From an uncultured Alphaproteobacteria bacterium (lineage in GTDB: Bacteria > Pseudomonadota > Alphaproteobacteria > UBA7985 > CAJQQZ01): a stretch of 35,897 nt of DNA. The stretch spans positions 1 through 35,897 of the forward strand of contig CAJQQJ010000413.1 of NCBI GenBank assembly GCA_905480445.1, in the 5' to 3' direction. The translations under genes and the position numbers were made by a program. Positions 27,156 to 35,894 of this stretch are shown here, piece after piece. The notes beneath the pieces are model-generated. The model had not been told where the DNA came from. It ran no database searches and saw nothing but the letters and a program-made list of their open reading frames with translations. Numbering within the stretch: position 1 is the stretch's first letter; every line of letters begins with the position of its first letter.

Positions 27156-29769
27156 ACACCGTGCTAAGTCTACGCCTCCGTCGCTGAAGGAAGAAGACAA
27201 CGGCCAGCAATAGGAAGGCAGGAATGTAGAAAACCTCCTTCGGCATTCTTTCTGCTTTCTCACGAACTTTGGAAACAACCACCGGATCATCGGCGTAGTA
27301 ATCAAATTTTGATCCAATGATTTCGAAGAACGGCGTTTGGGGATAGGGCTCCTCCAGTTTCGCGAGACCGTCCTCAACAGAAACGATCAAACCAGCTTTC
27401 TCCAACCGTGCGACCGCTTCAGCACGGTTACCGAGAGGAACCAACAAGGTAGTCGACTTCACTTTTCCAGTGTCGTAATCGGGACCAGACACAACAAAAG
27501 TCAGCACCTTACCATCGGGTGAGCTGTCTACTACTTCAAAAATTCTGGCGGGTTCATGATCGTCAAACGGTGCCGCCACCTTATCGAGCCAATAGCCTGG
27601 CCTAAACAGAGTAAATGCTATTAGAAGAAGAGCAATCGACTCCCAAATTTTGTTCCGAACAAGCCACCAGTGCTGGGTTGCAGAGGCGAAAAGCAACATA
27701 GCTATCACCGCAATGATGAAAACGAAAATAGCCTTCATCCATGTCACGTCGATAAGTAATAAGTCTGTATTGAAGATAAAGAGGAATGGCAGCAAGGCAG
27801 TGCGAATATCGTAAGCAAAACCTTGGATACCTGTCTTAATCGGGTCGCCCTTGGAGATCGCCGCAGCTGCAAAAGCGGCCAGCCCCACCGGGGGGGTGTC
27901 ATCTGCCAAAATCCCGAAGTAAAAGACAAACATATGAGCGGCGATAATCGGAACAAGCAGACCGTTTTGTGCTGCCAAAACAACAATAATCGGTGCCATG
28001 ATTGTAGAGACAACAATGTAGTTTGCCGTGGTCGGAAGTCCCATCCCGAGAACGAGACTCATCAGGGCTACAAGTAGCAGCATAGCAAGCAAGTTTCCGC
28101 CCGACAGAACCTCGATCAGATCTGTGATAACTTGATGCGCGCCGGTAAGAGTTAAGGAACCAATGATAATACCTGCGGCTCCCGTCGCCACTGCTATCCC
28201 GATCATGTTTCGCGATCCGGCTACCATGCCCTCAATCCACTCATCAAATCCACGCTTCAGAGCAGTTCCATAACCACCAGCGTTTCGAAAGAAAGCCTTG
28301 ATTGGATGCTGTGTCACAGTAACGGATATCATCGCGACAATCGCCCAAACAGCGGAGTAAGCTGGCGAAAGCCGTTCTATTACAATGCACCAAATAAGAA
28401 TTACAATTGGTAGAACGTAGTAAAGCCCAGCGATCGCTGTCGTCCCAGCAGGCGGCAATACTGTAATAGGCGCATCCGGGGGATCGACCACGAGATCATC
28501 GCCTCGGGAAGCCAACCAGAGAAGGAAAAGATAAGCAGTCGAACAAAGCAAGACAACGATTGGCAAAGCCATTTCAGGCACTAAATCCTTGATCCAACCG
28601 AGACCGTAAAAAACCGAAATACCAAGCAACGCGATACCAATGAATCCGCCCAAAAAGCCAATCAGCTTGGCGATAAGAGTCATTGAAGTAGGAAGCCTTG
28701 GCAGCCCCTTCAAATCCATCTTCATTGCTTCTAGATGAACGATGTAAAAAAGCGCAATATAGGAAACTAGAGCTGGCACTAGCGCATGTTTAATGATCTC
28801 TGCGTAGCTTACGCCGGTGAATTCTGCCATCAGGAAAGCTGCAGCTCCCATCACCGGCGGCGTTAACTGGCCATTGGTGGATGAAGCAACTTCGACGGCT
28901 CCGGCTTTCTCGGCGGAGAAACCGGTTCGTTTCATCAGCGGTATCGTGAAAGTTCCGGTTGTAACCGTGTTCGCTATCGAAGAGCCCGAATAGAGACCGC
29001 TCATCGCAGATGCGATAACGGCGGCCTTCGCTGGCCCGCCCCTAAGATGCCCTAGAAGAGCAAAAGACAGTTTGATGAAATAGTTGCCCGCGCCGGATTT
29101 CTCCAAGATAGAGCCAAAGAGGACGAAGAGGAAGATCAGGGATGCCGAGACAGATAAAGCAATGCCGAAAACACCCTCACCTTGCATCCAATAGTGCCAC
29201 ATGGCCTTGCCATAAGAAGCGCCTTTCCATTGGATGACTTCCGGTAACCACCTTGTGTCCCCAAAGAAGACATAGAACATGAAGAAGGAGGCAACAATGA
29301 GTAGTGGTAAACCAAGTGTCCGATAAACAGTGATGGCGACCACCACCATACCAATGGTCGAAAAAACTAGATCGCCGGCGGTTGGAAGGCCCGCCCGGTC
29401 AGCTATCTCATTTCGAAACCAAACTATATAGAGGCAGGACAATACGCCGAGAACGGCTAAAGCCCAGTCGTACCAAGGGATCGCTGTTTTAGAACTAGAC
29501 TTGAAAAGAGGAAAAGCCATCGCAGCCAACAGTAGACCGAAAGCTAAATGAAAAAGGCGTGCATTCGAGTTGGTGACAATGAGACCGATACCAGTCACCT
29601 CTGTTAGCCAAAAAGGGAGATTAGAAGCTATATAGAGCTGGAAAAAAGCCCAAGTCAAAGCAACCCAGAAAATCATTCTGCCCTGCCAACCCGTGGGGCT
29701 TCTCCCTCCAGTATCAGTGGCTGTAAATTGATCTAACTCGTCACTTACAATTTTGTCCGCGTTCGCCAT
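27154..29769 (-). CDS. TRAP transporter fused permease (TAXI-type, DctQ-like plus DctM-like)
   Basis: About 871 aa and highly hydrophobic throughout, with a soluble insert near the C-terminus, as in TAXI-associated 4TM/12TM fusion permeases. Start placed at ATG 29767-29769 (MANADKIV) because GGGAGGAAG lies immediately upstream, inside the longer tracked ORF. Confidence 0.9.
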   Translation of the reverse strand: MANADKIVSDELDQFTATDTGGRSPTGWQGRMIFWVALTWAFFQLYIASNLPFWLTEVTGIGLIVTNSNARLFHLAFGLLLAAMAFPLFKSSSKTAIPWYDWALAVLGVLSCLYIVWFRNEIADRAGLPTAGDLVFSTIGMVVVAITVYRTLGLPLLIVASFFMFYVFFGDTRWLPEVIQWKGASYGKAMWHYWMQGEGVFGIALSVSASLIFLFVLFGSILEKSGAGNYFIKLSFALLGHLRGGPAKAAVIASAMSGLYSGSSIANTVTTGTFTIPLMKRTGFSAEKAGAVEVASSTNGQLTPPVMGAAAFLMAEFTGVSYAEIIKHALVPALVSYIALFYIVHLEAMKMDLKGLPRLPTSMTLIAKLIGFLGGFIGIALLGISVFYGLGWIKDLVPEMALPIVVLLCSTAYLFLLWLASRGDDLVVDPPDAPITVLPPAGTTAIAGLYYVLPIVILIWCIVIERLSPAYSAVWAIVAMISVTVTQHPIKAFFRNAGGYGTALKRGFDEWIEGMVAGSRNMIGIAVATGAAGIIIGSLTLTGAHQVITDLIEVLSGGNLLAMLLLVALMSLVLGMGLPTTANYIVVSTIMAPIIVVLAAQNGLLVPIIAAHMFVFYFGILADDTPPVGLAAFAAAAISKGDPIKTGIQGFAYDIRTALLPFLFIFNTDLLLIDVTWMKAIFVFIIAVIAMLLFASATQHWWLVRNKIWESIALLLIAFTLFRPGYWLDKVAAPFDDHEPARIFEVVDSSPDGKVLTFVVSGPDYDTGKVKSTTLLVPLGNRAEAVARLEKAGLIVSVEDGLAKLEEPYPQTPFFEIIGSKFDYYADDPVVVSKVREKAERMPKEVFYIPAFLLLAVVFFLQRRRRRLSTV

Positions 29770-29804
29770 ATTGCTTCCTCCCAACATTAAACAAGATCAA
29801 AGCA

Positions 29805-29830
29805 AAGAGGCGGGTTGTTGCCCGCCTCTT
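29805..29830 (-). terminator. Intercistronic GC-rich stem-loop between the TAXI binding-protein gene and the permease gene (partial terminator or mRNA-stabilising hairpin)
   Basis: AAGAGGCGGG (29805-29814), TTGTTG loop, CCCGCCTCTT (29821-29830). On the minus strand it is followed by TTTGCTTTGATCTTGTTT. This arrangement is common after solute-binding-protein genes. Confidence 0.5.
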
Positions 29831-29855
29831 CAACCTTCAAAACAAAGTCGTGAAC

Positions 29856-30821
29856 TTACATCCAACCTTGTTCTTTGTAGTACTTCACAGCACCATCATG
29901 GAGAGGTGCAGAAAGTGAGTCAGAAATCATCTGAGCAGGATCTAGGTTCGCAAAAGCTGGGTGCAGCTTTTTAAACTGGTCAAAGTTGTCGAAAACCGCT
30001 TTCACGATAATATAAACAACTTCTTCCGGAACGTCTGAGCTGGAAACAAAAGTAGCACCAACACCAAACGTGTTAATGTCTTCTGCGTTGTTGTACATGC
30101 CCGCAGGAATAGAAGCAGTACGATAATAAGGGTTGTCAGCAATCAGTTTATCAATGGCTGGTCCCTCAACATTAACAAGGTGCGCATCACAAGTAGCCAA
30201 AGACTCTTGCGTCAGAGCCGATGGGTGACCAACGAGCCAGAAATAGGCATCGATCTTACCGTCACAAACAGCTTGGCCTGTTTCAGCAGATTTCATCTCA
30301 GCGGCAAGTTTAAGATCTGAACGCTCCCAACCGAGAGCCTCTTCGATCACATCCCATGTGCCACGTGTGCCAGAACCAGGATTACCGATGTTCAGGCGTT
30401 TGCCTTTAGCATCCGTCAAAGTGTTAATGCCTGAGCTATCGCTGGCAATCACTGTTACAGGCTCTGGGTGGACTGAGAACACAGCGCGAAGCTTGTCAAA
30501 AGCACCAGCGTCGGCAAATTTTGACGTGCCGTTATACGCATGGTGTTGCCAATCTGATTGAGCTACACCGAACTCTAGCTCACCAGCGCGAATAGTGTTG
30601 ATGTTGTAGATTGAACCGCCCGTGGATTCAGCGGAGCAACGAATGCCATGCTCTTTACGGTTCTTGTTGACGAGACGGCAAATCGCACCACCAGTTGGGT
30701 AGTAAACGCCTGTTACGCCGCCTGTACCAATCGATACAAATTGCTGCTGAGCAACGGCCGGTGCCTGAACGCTAAGCGCTAAGCCAGCGACAGCGGACAA
30801 GCCAAATAAATATTTTTTCAT
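29856..30821 (-). CDS. TRAP transporter solute-binding protein, TAXI family
   Basis: 321 aa with a signal peptide ([24 protein letters not shown]) and the TAXI signature [22 protein letters not shown]. Confidence 0.9.
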   Translation of the reverse strand: MKKYLFGLSAVAGLALSVQAPAVAQQQFVSIGTGGVTGVYYPTGGAICRLVNKNRKEHGIRCSAESTGGSIYNINTIRAGELEFGVAQSDWQHHAYNGTSKFADAGAFDKLRAVFSVHPEPVTVIASDSSGINTLTDAKGKRLNIGNPGSGTRGTWDVIEEALGWERSDLKLAAEMKSAETGQAVCDGKIDAYFWLVGHPSALTQESLATCDAHLVNVEGPAIDKLIADNPYYRTASIPAGMYNNAEDINTFGVGATFVSSSDVPEEVVYIIVKAVFDNFDQFKKLHPAFANLDPAQMISDSLSAPLHDGAVKYYKEQGWM

Positions 30822-31019
30822 GAGTTACTTCCTGAAGTTCTCTTGTTGATACAATGAACAGAAAGTACGAAGGAAACGGTCTTCACTGACCAGCGAGATC
30901 GTTGAATTGTTCTTCTTATTATTGCCCCATACCTCCCTGCCGGAAGGGTACGCCGACGAAGCTGGAAGAGTCAAGTTGCCGCAGGGAATCGTATGAAAAA
31001 AAGAAAATTTTAGAGAATT

Positions 31020-31964
31020 TTAAGCACCAGACAAACACTTCACAAAAGATTGAGCCATGGAACGCATCAGTTGGCTGTAAAGAGCAGTCCCCTGTTCTAG
31101 ATTGAAACCTAATGGATCCAGCAGCCCGGTGTGGGCATCAGTCGCTTCGATCAAAACTTCAGTAGATTTAGAAGAGAACTGAGGTTCACTAAACACGCAA
31201 GCAACGGAATGTTGATCCATCATCTTTTTCAATTCTCGCAATCTCTTGGCACTAGGTTTCAGTTCGGGATTCAAGCTAACCACACCAACAGCCTGAAGGT
31301 CATAAGCTTTTTCAAAGTTCACGTAGGCATCGTGGAAAACCAAAAATGAGCTTTGTTTAAAGGGAGCGAGCACGGCTCGGAGCTCTTCATCAAGCCCCTT
31401 CATTTCAATCCCAAAGTCCACTGCATTCTGCTGATACTTCGCTGCGTTGGTGTGGTCTAATTCACTTAATTTCTGTGCCAAATGAACAGCGATTTTCATG
31501 GCGTTTTCAGTGTCCAACCAAAGATGTGGATTAAAGGCTCCATGATCATGGTTATCGTGCTCCTCATGATCATGATGTTCTTCCTCACCCTCTTCTTCAT
31601 GCCATAAGAAGTCTTCATCATCCCTTATTGGCCAAAGCCTTAATCCCGGTATGATGTCCAGTTGAACAACGACGGCCCAATTGGGAATTGCGGTCAAAGC
31701 CTTATCCAAAAAGGCCTCTAAGCCTGGCCCCACCCAAACGATGAAATCGGCTGATTGAAGCGATTTAGCTTGAGATGGTTTGAGGTTACTATCGTGAGGT
31801 GACGATTGGGTGAGAAGAAGACTAGGCTCTGCAACCCCAGTCATCACTTTGCTCAAAATTGAGTGGATAGGCTTGATCGACGCTACCGCTTTTGGCGCCG
31901 CTTGCGCTTCAACCAAAAAGAACAAAGAAAAAAGGAAGCAAACAAAAGTCGATTGGGTTTTCAT
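31020..31964 (-). CDS. znuA: Zinc ABC transporter substrate-binding protein with a His/acidic-rich loop
   Basis: Start placed at ATG 31962-31964 (MKTQSTFVCFLFSLFFLVEAQA signal peptide). It has a cluster-9 SBP fold pattern, a HEEEGEEEHHDHEEHDNHDHG loop, and sits divergent from znuCB-zur. Confidence 0.9.
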   Translation of the reverse strand: MKTQSTFVCFLFSLFFLVEAQAAPKAVASIKPIHSILSKVMTGVAEPSLLLTQSSPHDSNLKPSQAKSLQSADFIVWVGPGLEAFLDKALTAIPNWAVVVQLDIIPGLRLWPIRDDEDFLWHEEEGEEEHHDHEEHDNHDHGAFNPHLWLDTENAMKIAVHLAQKLSELDHTNAAKYQQNAVDFGIEMKGLDEELRAVLAPFKQSSFLVFHDAYVNFEKAYDLQAVGVVSLNPELKPSAKRLRELKKMMDQHSVACVFSEPQFSSKSTEVLIEATDAHTGLLDPLGFNLEQGTALYSQLMRSMAQSFVKCLSGA

Positions 31965-32002
31965 CTTAAGCCTTAGCAATTCAAATGTTTAAGAAAATGT
32001 TA

Positions 32003-32017
32003 TGTTATATTATTACA
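32003..32017. promoter_or_regulatory. Candidate Zur box (7-1-7 inverted repeat) in the znuA/znuC divergent promoter region
   Basis: In TGTTATA-T-TATTACA, the reverse complement of the right half is TGTAATA, which matches the left half at 6 of 7 positions. It sits inside a wider AT-rich quasi-palindrome AAATGTTATGTTATATTATTACATTT (31995-32020). It is 39 bp from the znuA ATG and 58 bp from the znuC ATG. Confidence 0.55.
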
Positions 32018-32074
32018 TTTCGTGCTAGTTAGAGTAAACTTCAGGCAATGACAAGATGAAAAGAGATCACCACC

Positions 32075-32857
32075 ATGTCCTTAGTTGAGTTGAAAACGGC
32101 CGGTCTCTACCGCGACCAACGTTGGCTTGTTCGCAACATCGATCTGACTGTCGCAGCTGGTGAAATAGTCACACTTATTGGGCCCAACGGGTCAGGCAAA
32201 TCGACAACAGTCAAACTGGCGCTCGGCATTCATCAACCCAGCGAAGGAACGGCGCTACAAAAGCCTGGCCTGAGAGTGGGTTACGTACCCCAAAAAATTG
32301 CTGTCGATTGGACCTTGCCGCTCACTGTTCAACGACTTTTGAGTTTGACGACTAAACTCAGTGTTAATGAAACTGAGGAAGCCCTTGAAAAAGTTGGCAT
32401 CCCTCATTTGGCCAAGGCAAATATCCAAACCCTCTCAGGTGGCGAATTTCAAAGGGCCTTAATGGCAAGAGCCATCGCTAGAAAACCTGACCTTTTGGTT
32501 TTAGATGAGCCAGTACAAGGTGTCGACTTCGCAGGCGAAATTGCCCTTTATGAATTGATCAGCCAACTGAGAGACAGCCTTCAATGTGGCGTGCTGCTCA
32601 TTTCTCACGATCTGCACATGGTCATGGCTTCAACCGATAAGGTACTCTGCCTCAACGGTCATCTCTGTTGCCAAGGAACACCCAAAGCCGTGTCAGAGAA
32701 TGACGAGTACAGACGGCTGTTTGGTGGTAGAGCCGCCGACGCAATGGCCGTTTACAAGCATCACCATGACCACACTCATTTGCCCGATGGTCGTGTTCAA
32801 CATGCCGACGGAACGGTCACGGATAACTGTCACCATGAGGATGGCCATCATGTTTGA
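32075..32857 (+). CDS. znuC: Zinc ABC transporter ATP-binding protein with a His-rich C-terminal tail
   Basis: 260 aa with Walker A GPNGSGKST, signature LSGGEFQR, Walker B LLVLDEP, H-loop ISHDL and the tail HHHDHTHLPDGRVQHADGTVTDNCHHEDGHHV. Confidence 0.92.
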   Translation: MSLVELKTAGLYRDQRWLVRNIDLTVAAGEIVTLIGPNGSGKSTTVKLALGIHQPSEGTALQKPGLRVGYVPQKIAVDWTLPLTVQRLLSLTTKLSVNETEEALEKVGIPHLAKANIQTLSGGEFQRALMARAIARKPDLLVLDEPVQGVDFAGEIALYELISQLRDSLQCGVLLISHDLHMVMASTDKVLCLNGHLCCQGTPKAVSENDEYRRLFGGRAADAMAVYKHHHDHTHLPDGRVQHADGTVTDNCHHEDGHHV

Positions 32858-33656
32858 TGATTTTTTTACAAGGGCTTTGCTGGTAGGCATCGGCGTAGCT
32901 GCTATCGCAGGACCGCTGGGTTGTTTTATCATTTGGCGGAGAATGGCTTTTTTCGGAGACACGCTTGCTCACTCGGCTCTGCTAGGTGCAGTCGTTGCTG
33001 TTCTGGCTGAGATCAACCTGACCCTCGGGGTCTTTTTGGTTTCAGCTATGATCGCCGTTGCTTTGTACTTTTTACAGAAGAAACCTTCCCTTTCGTCGGA
33101 TGCCTTGTTGGGCCTCTTATCTCACTCTTCCTTGGCGATTGGACTGACAGCATTGGCTTTTATGACTTGGATAAAAGTTGATCTTCTGGGCTTTTTGTTC
33201 GGCGATATCCTCTCCGTCACAAAAATCGATATCGTGATCGTTTATGCAAGCGCCCTTGCCATACTGGCGCTTCTGCTGCTCATCTGGCGTCCCTTACTTG
33301 CGGCAACAGTCAACCCTGATTTGGCCCAAGCCGAGGGAATGAACCCAGGAAGAGCTAACCTCATCTTCATGCTACTGATGGCAGCGGTCATCGCGATCTC
33401 AATGAAGATTGTGGGTGTTTTGTTGATCACTGCATTGTTGGTTATTCCAGCTGCTACTGCGAGGCGATTTGCTGCTAGCCCCGAAATGATGGCAGTCATT
33501 GCCGCCGTCATCGGAGTTCTCTCCGTTGTCACTGGCCTGCAGGCCTCGCTCAATTGGGACAGTCCTTCAGGGGCTTCAATTGTGGTGGCAGCCTTCGTTT
33601 TCTTTCTAATCTCTCTGCTACCATGGCGTCGTTTCAAAGGGAGCCTTAACAAATGA
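32850..33656 (+). CDS. znuB: Zinc ABC transporter permease
   Basis: Start placed at ATG 32850 (MFDDFFTRALLVGIGVAAIAGPLGCFIIWRRMAFFGDTLAHSALLG, a typical ZnuB N-terminus), overlapping the znuC stop. The upstream 88 codons of the tracked ORF are out of frame within znuC. Confidence 0.9.
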   Translation: MFDDFFTRALLVGIGVAAIAGPLGCFIIWRRMAFFGDTLAHSALLGAVVAVLAEINLTLGVFLVSAMIAVALYFLQKKPSLSSDALLGLLSHSSLAIGLTALAFMTWIKVDLLGFLFGDILSVTKIDIVIVYASALAILALLLLIWRPLLAATVNPDLAQAEGMNPGRANLIFMLLMAAVIAISMKIVGVLLITALLVIPAATARRFAASPEMMAVIAAVIGVLSVVTGLQASLNWDSPSGASIVVAAFVFFLISLLPWRRFKGSLNK

Positions 33657-34051
33657 GCGAGAAACTAACTAGTAACCAAGAACTTGTTTACAACTGCTTA
33701 GAAACTGCTCAATCACCACTCACAGCTTACGCAATTCTTGATCTTTTGCGTGTCAAAGGACTGAAAGCACCTTTGCAAGTCTACCGCGCCTTGGACAAGT
33801 TACAAACCCTTGGGCTGGTCCACCGTCTTGAAAGCCTGAATGCTTTCGTGACATGCAGTCATCCGCACCCCCATGGCCCAGAAACACTGGCCTTTGCCAT
33901 TTGTGACGACTGTGACCAGGTAACAGAGTTTTCAAGCAGCGAAATTTTGAATGGTCTTTCCGCCTGGGGCAACAGCCAAAAATTCAGCCCACGCAAAACC
34001 ACCATTGAAATCTCTGGCCTCTGTGACACCTGTACTCAGAAACCAGACTAG
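33653..34051 (+). CDS. zur: Fur-family zinc uptake regulator
   Basis: 132 aa with an N-terminal wHTH (AYAILDLLRVKGLKAPLQVYRALDKLQTLGLVHRL) and metal-site Cys/His motifs (CSHPHPH, CDDCD, CDTC). Its ATG overlaps the znuB TGA as ATGA. Confidence 0.85.
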   Translation: MSEKLTSNQELVYNCLETAQSPLTAYAILDLLRVKGLKAPLQVYRALDKLQTLGLVHRLESLNAFVTCSHPHPHGPETLAFAICDDCDQVTEFSSSEILNGLSAWGNSQKFSPRKTTIEISGLCDTCTQKPD

Positions 34052-34060
34052 AGCGACGAC

Positions 34061-35182
34061 CTAGATCGTCACAACGATATTGCCGACATGTTTCTTTTCA
34101 AGAAAAGCTTCCTGAGCTTTCCCGAGATCCTGTAACGGAAATGATTCAGCCAAAAGTGGTTTCAACAGACCTTGCTCAATCAGTCCAACGATCCGCTTCA
34201 TGGTGCCCGGAGGAACAATAGTAGCACCGGTAAGCTGCAAGTCTTTGTAGATCAGTTGACGCAGATCGAAGTCGACCATGGGCCCAGCTATAGAACCCGA
34301 AGTGGAATAGCGACCACCTTGTCGAAGAGCATTAATCAAAGGCATAAAGCCAGCCCCACCAACGACATCTAAAGCGACATCTACAGGGCCTCGTGCTGCC
34401 TCGCGGATAGCTTCTTCCAAATTGGGCTCATTGCGATCAATAACAACATCTGCACCCAATGCTTTCAGGTGCTCAGCTTTTGAGGTCGCCGCTATGCCAA
34501 TCACGCGCGCACCGCGCAGTCTGGAAAGTTGAATAGCTCCCGATCCAACACCGCCGGAAGCGCCAGCCATCACGACGGTTTCACCGGGCTGAAGATTGGT
34601 TCTTGCAACAAGGTTTTCCGCTGTTGTGTAAGCACAAGGAAATGTAGCTAGTTCCGCGTCTGTTAAATCACTTTCCAACTTAATGGCATTCTCTGTCCGA
34701 ACTTTTGTATACTCCGCAAAACCACCATCACACTCTGAGCCGAAGTAGAGCGAGCGGGTTGTATCCATCCAGTCGCCGACACCCAGTAGCCAGGGATCAA
34801 TCATGACACGTTCGCCTAGGCGGCCGTCGCCAACGCCCTCTCCCACGGCCACAATTACGCCAGCGACATCTGCACCCTGAATCCGAGGAAAAGTAATTTT
34901 TGAGCTTCCCCAGCTGCCATCTGCATCGTCGGCTTCTTGGAAACCACCTTTACCGCCATCGTCGGTGATGCCATCGCTGACAGCTTTGGAATACCAGGCT
35001 GTTCGAGTGTTAATATCAGTGTTGTTCAGACCACAAGCACTAACACGGACGACCACCTCACCTGGGCCCGCTTGTGGGGTTGGCCAGTCTTCGCAGTAAT
35101 CCAACTTATCAAGGCCACCGTGTCCTGTGAGAACAACAGCGCGCATTGTATCAGGTAACATCGTATCAGATAACCTCGCCAT
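34061..35182 (-). CDS. Medium-chain dehydrogenase/reductase (zinc-type alcohol dehydrogenase/quinone oxidoreductase-like)
   Basis: 373 aa with a GroES-like N-terminal domain (MRAVVLTGHGGLDKL, GEVVVRVSACGLNNTD) and a Rossmann motif MAGASGGVGSGAIQL. AAGGTG lies 7 nt upstream of ATG 35182. Confidence 0.85.
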   Translation of the reverse strand: MARLSDTMLPDTMRAVVLTGHGGLDKLDYCEDWPTPQAGPGEVVVRVSACGLNNTDINTRTAWYSKAVSDGITDDGGKGGFQEADDADGSWGSSKITFPRIQGADVAGVIVAVGEGVGDGRLGERVMIDPWLLGVGDWMDTTRSLYFGSECDGGFAEYTKVRTENAIKLESDLTDAELATFPCAYTTAENLVARTNLQPGETVVMAGASGGVGSGAIQLSRLRGARVIGIAATSKAEHLKALGADVVIDRNEPNLEEAIREAARGPVDVALDVVGGAGFMPLINALRQGGRYSTSGSIAGPMVDFDLRQLIYKDLQLTGATIVPPGTMKRIVGLIEQGLLKPLLAESFPLQDLGKAQEAFLEKKHVGNIVVTI

Positions 35183-35205
35183 GACTGATCACCTTAAGAG
35201 ATTTG

Positions 35206-35817
35206 TTAAACATGCACCCGGTGGCGCACGTCACCTTCGCCATAAGGCATAGATTGAAACTTGTCAGTAGAGAAAACATGCTTCCATACCTTGGATGCGG
35301 TTAGCCGTTCGAGTGCTGCTGGATACTCCGGTTCTTGTTTCTCATCATCACGCAGAGAGAATATCAACATACCGCCTGATTTCGTCACACGAACCAATTC
35401 ATCAAGAGAATGGGGCGGCGCATGGCGCGGCGTAATACAACCGGAACACAAAGTGGCGGCAAAGGTGTCTGTCTCGAAACCAAGCGTCTCGCCCATCGTC
35501 ATCCGATGAAGCTCTGAATAGAAGCCTTTGCTGCGAGCAACCTCAAGCATGCCCTCAGACAAGTCCATGCCCACAATCGGTTTATAATCCAACAAGGCCA
35601 GCGCTTCTGACTGTATCCCTCCTCCGCAACCGGCATCCAAAATCGGGGCTGTACCCAAAGGAACGAAATGGGTGAAGACTGTCGAAATCACCTGGGGAAT
35701 TCGATTGCCATCACGACAAAGGTCCGCCTCATAGTCACTCGCCCACTGGTCGTAAGCCTCTTGTTGTTCTTCTGCAGACTTTGCTTGGTAGCTCTTAGCT
35801 ACAGCCGGATTAGCCAC
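35206..35817 (-). CDS. Class I SAM-dependent methyltransferase
   Basis: 203 aa with a GTG start preceded by AAGGAG. Motif I is ILDAGCGGGIQSEAL, with post-I GMDLSEGML. It lies 23 bp upstream of the MDR dehydrogenase on the same strand. Confidence 0.85.
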   Translation of the reverse strand: MANPAVAKSYQAKSAEEQQEAYDQWASDYEADLCRDGNRIPQVISTVFTHFVPLGTAPILDAGCGGGIQSEALALLDYKPIVGMDLSEGMLEVARSKGFYSELHRMTMGETLGFETDTFAATLCSGCITPRHAPPHSLDELVRVTKSGGMLIFSLRDDEKQEPEYPAALERLTASKVWKHVFSTDKFQSMPYGEGDVRHRVHV

Positions 35818-35855
35818 GTTTAATCTCCTTAAAACACAGAGTTATCTCGAGAGAA

Positions 35856-35894
35856 GTCGAGGGATCTCGTTTGGTAAGAAATAGATCCCTCGAC
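35856..35894. repeat. 12-bp perfect inverted repeat at the window edge
   Basis: GTCGAGGGATCT (35856-35867) and AGATCCCTCGAC (35883-35894) with a 15-nt loop, upstream of the methyltransferase gene. It could be the terminator of a neighbouring gene outside the window, or an operator. Confidence 0.3.

Noticed and set aside
30902-31105. A 67 aa Cys-containing small ORF in the TAXI upstream region that overlaps the znuA 3' end.
   Set aside because: It has a non-ATG start, no SD, overlaps a supported gene on the opposite strand and shows no recognisable peptide family features.
32586-32849. The N-terminal 88 codons of the tracked 356 aa ORF, which would make ZnuB much longer. The same applies to the extended starts at 1359, 9247, 13514, 17716, 17661, 29787 and 31979.
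   Set aside because: The extensions overlap the preceding or divergent genes out of frame and lack family similarity. Internal start codons with SD sequences give N-termini that match the expected protein families or signal peptides.
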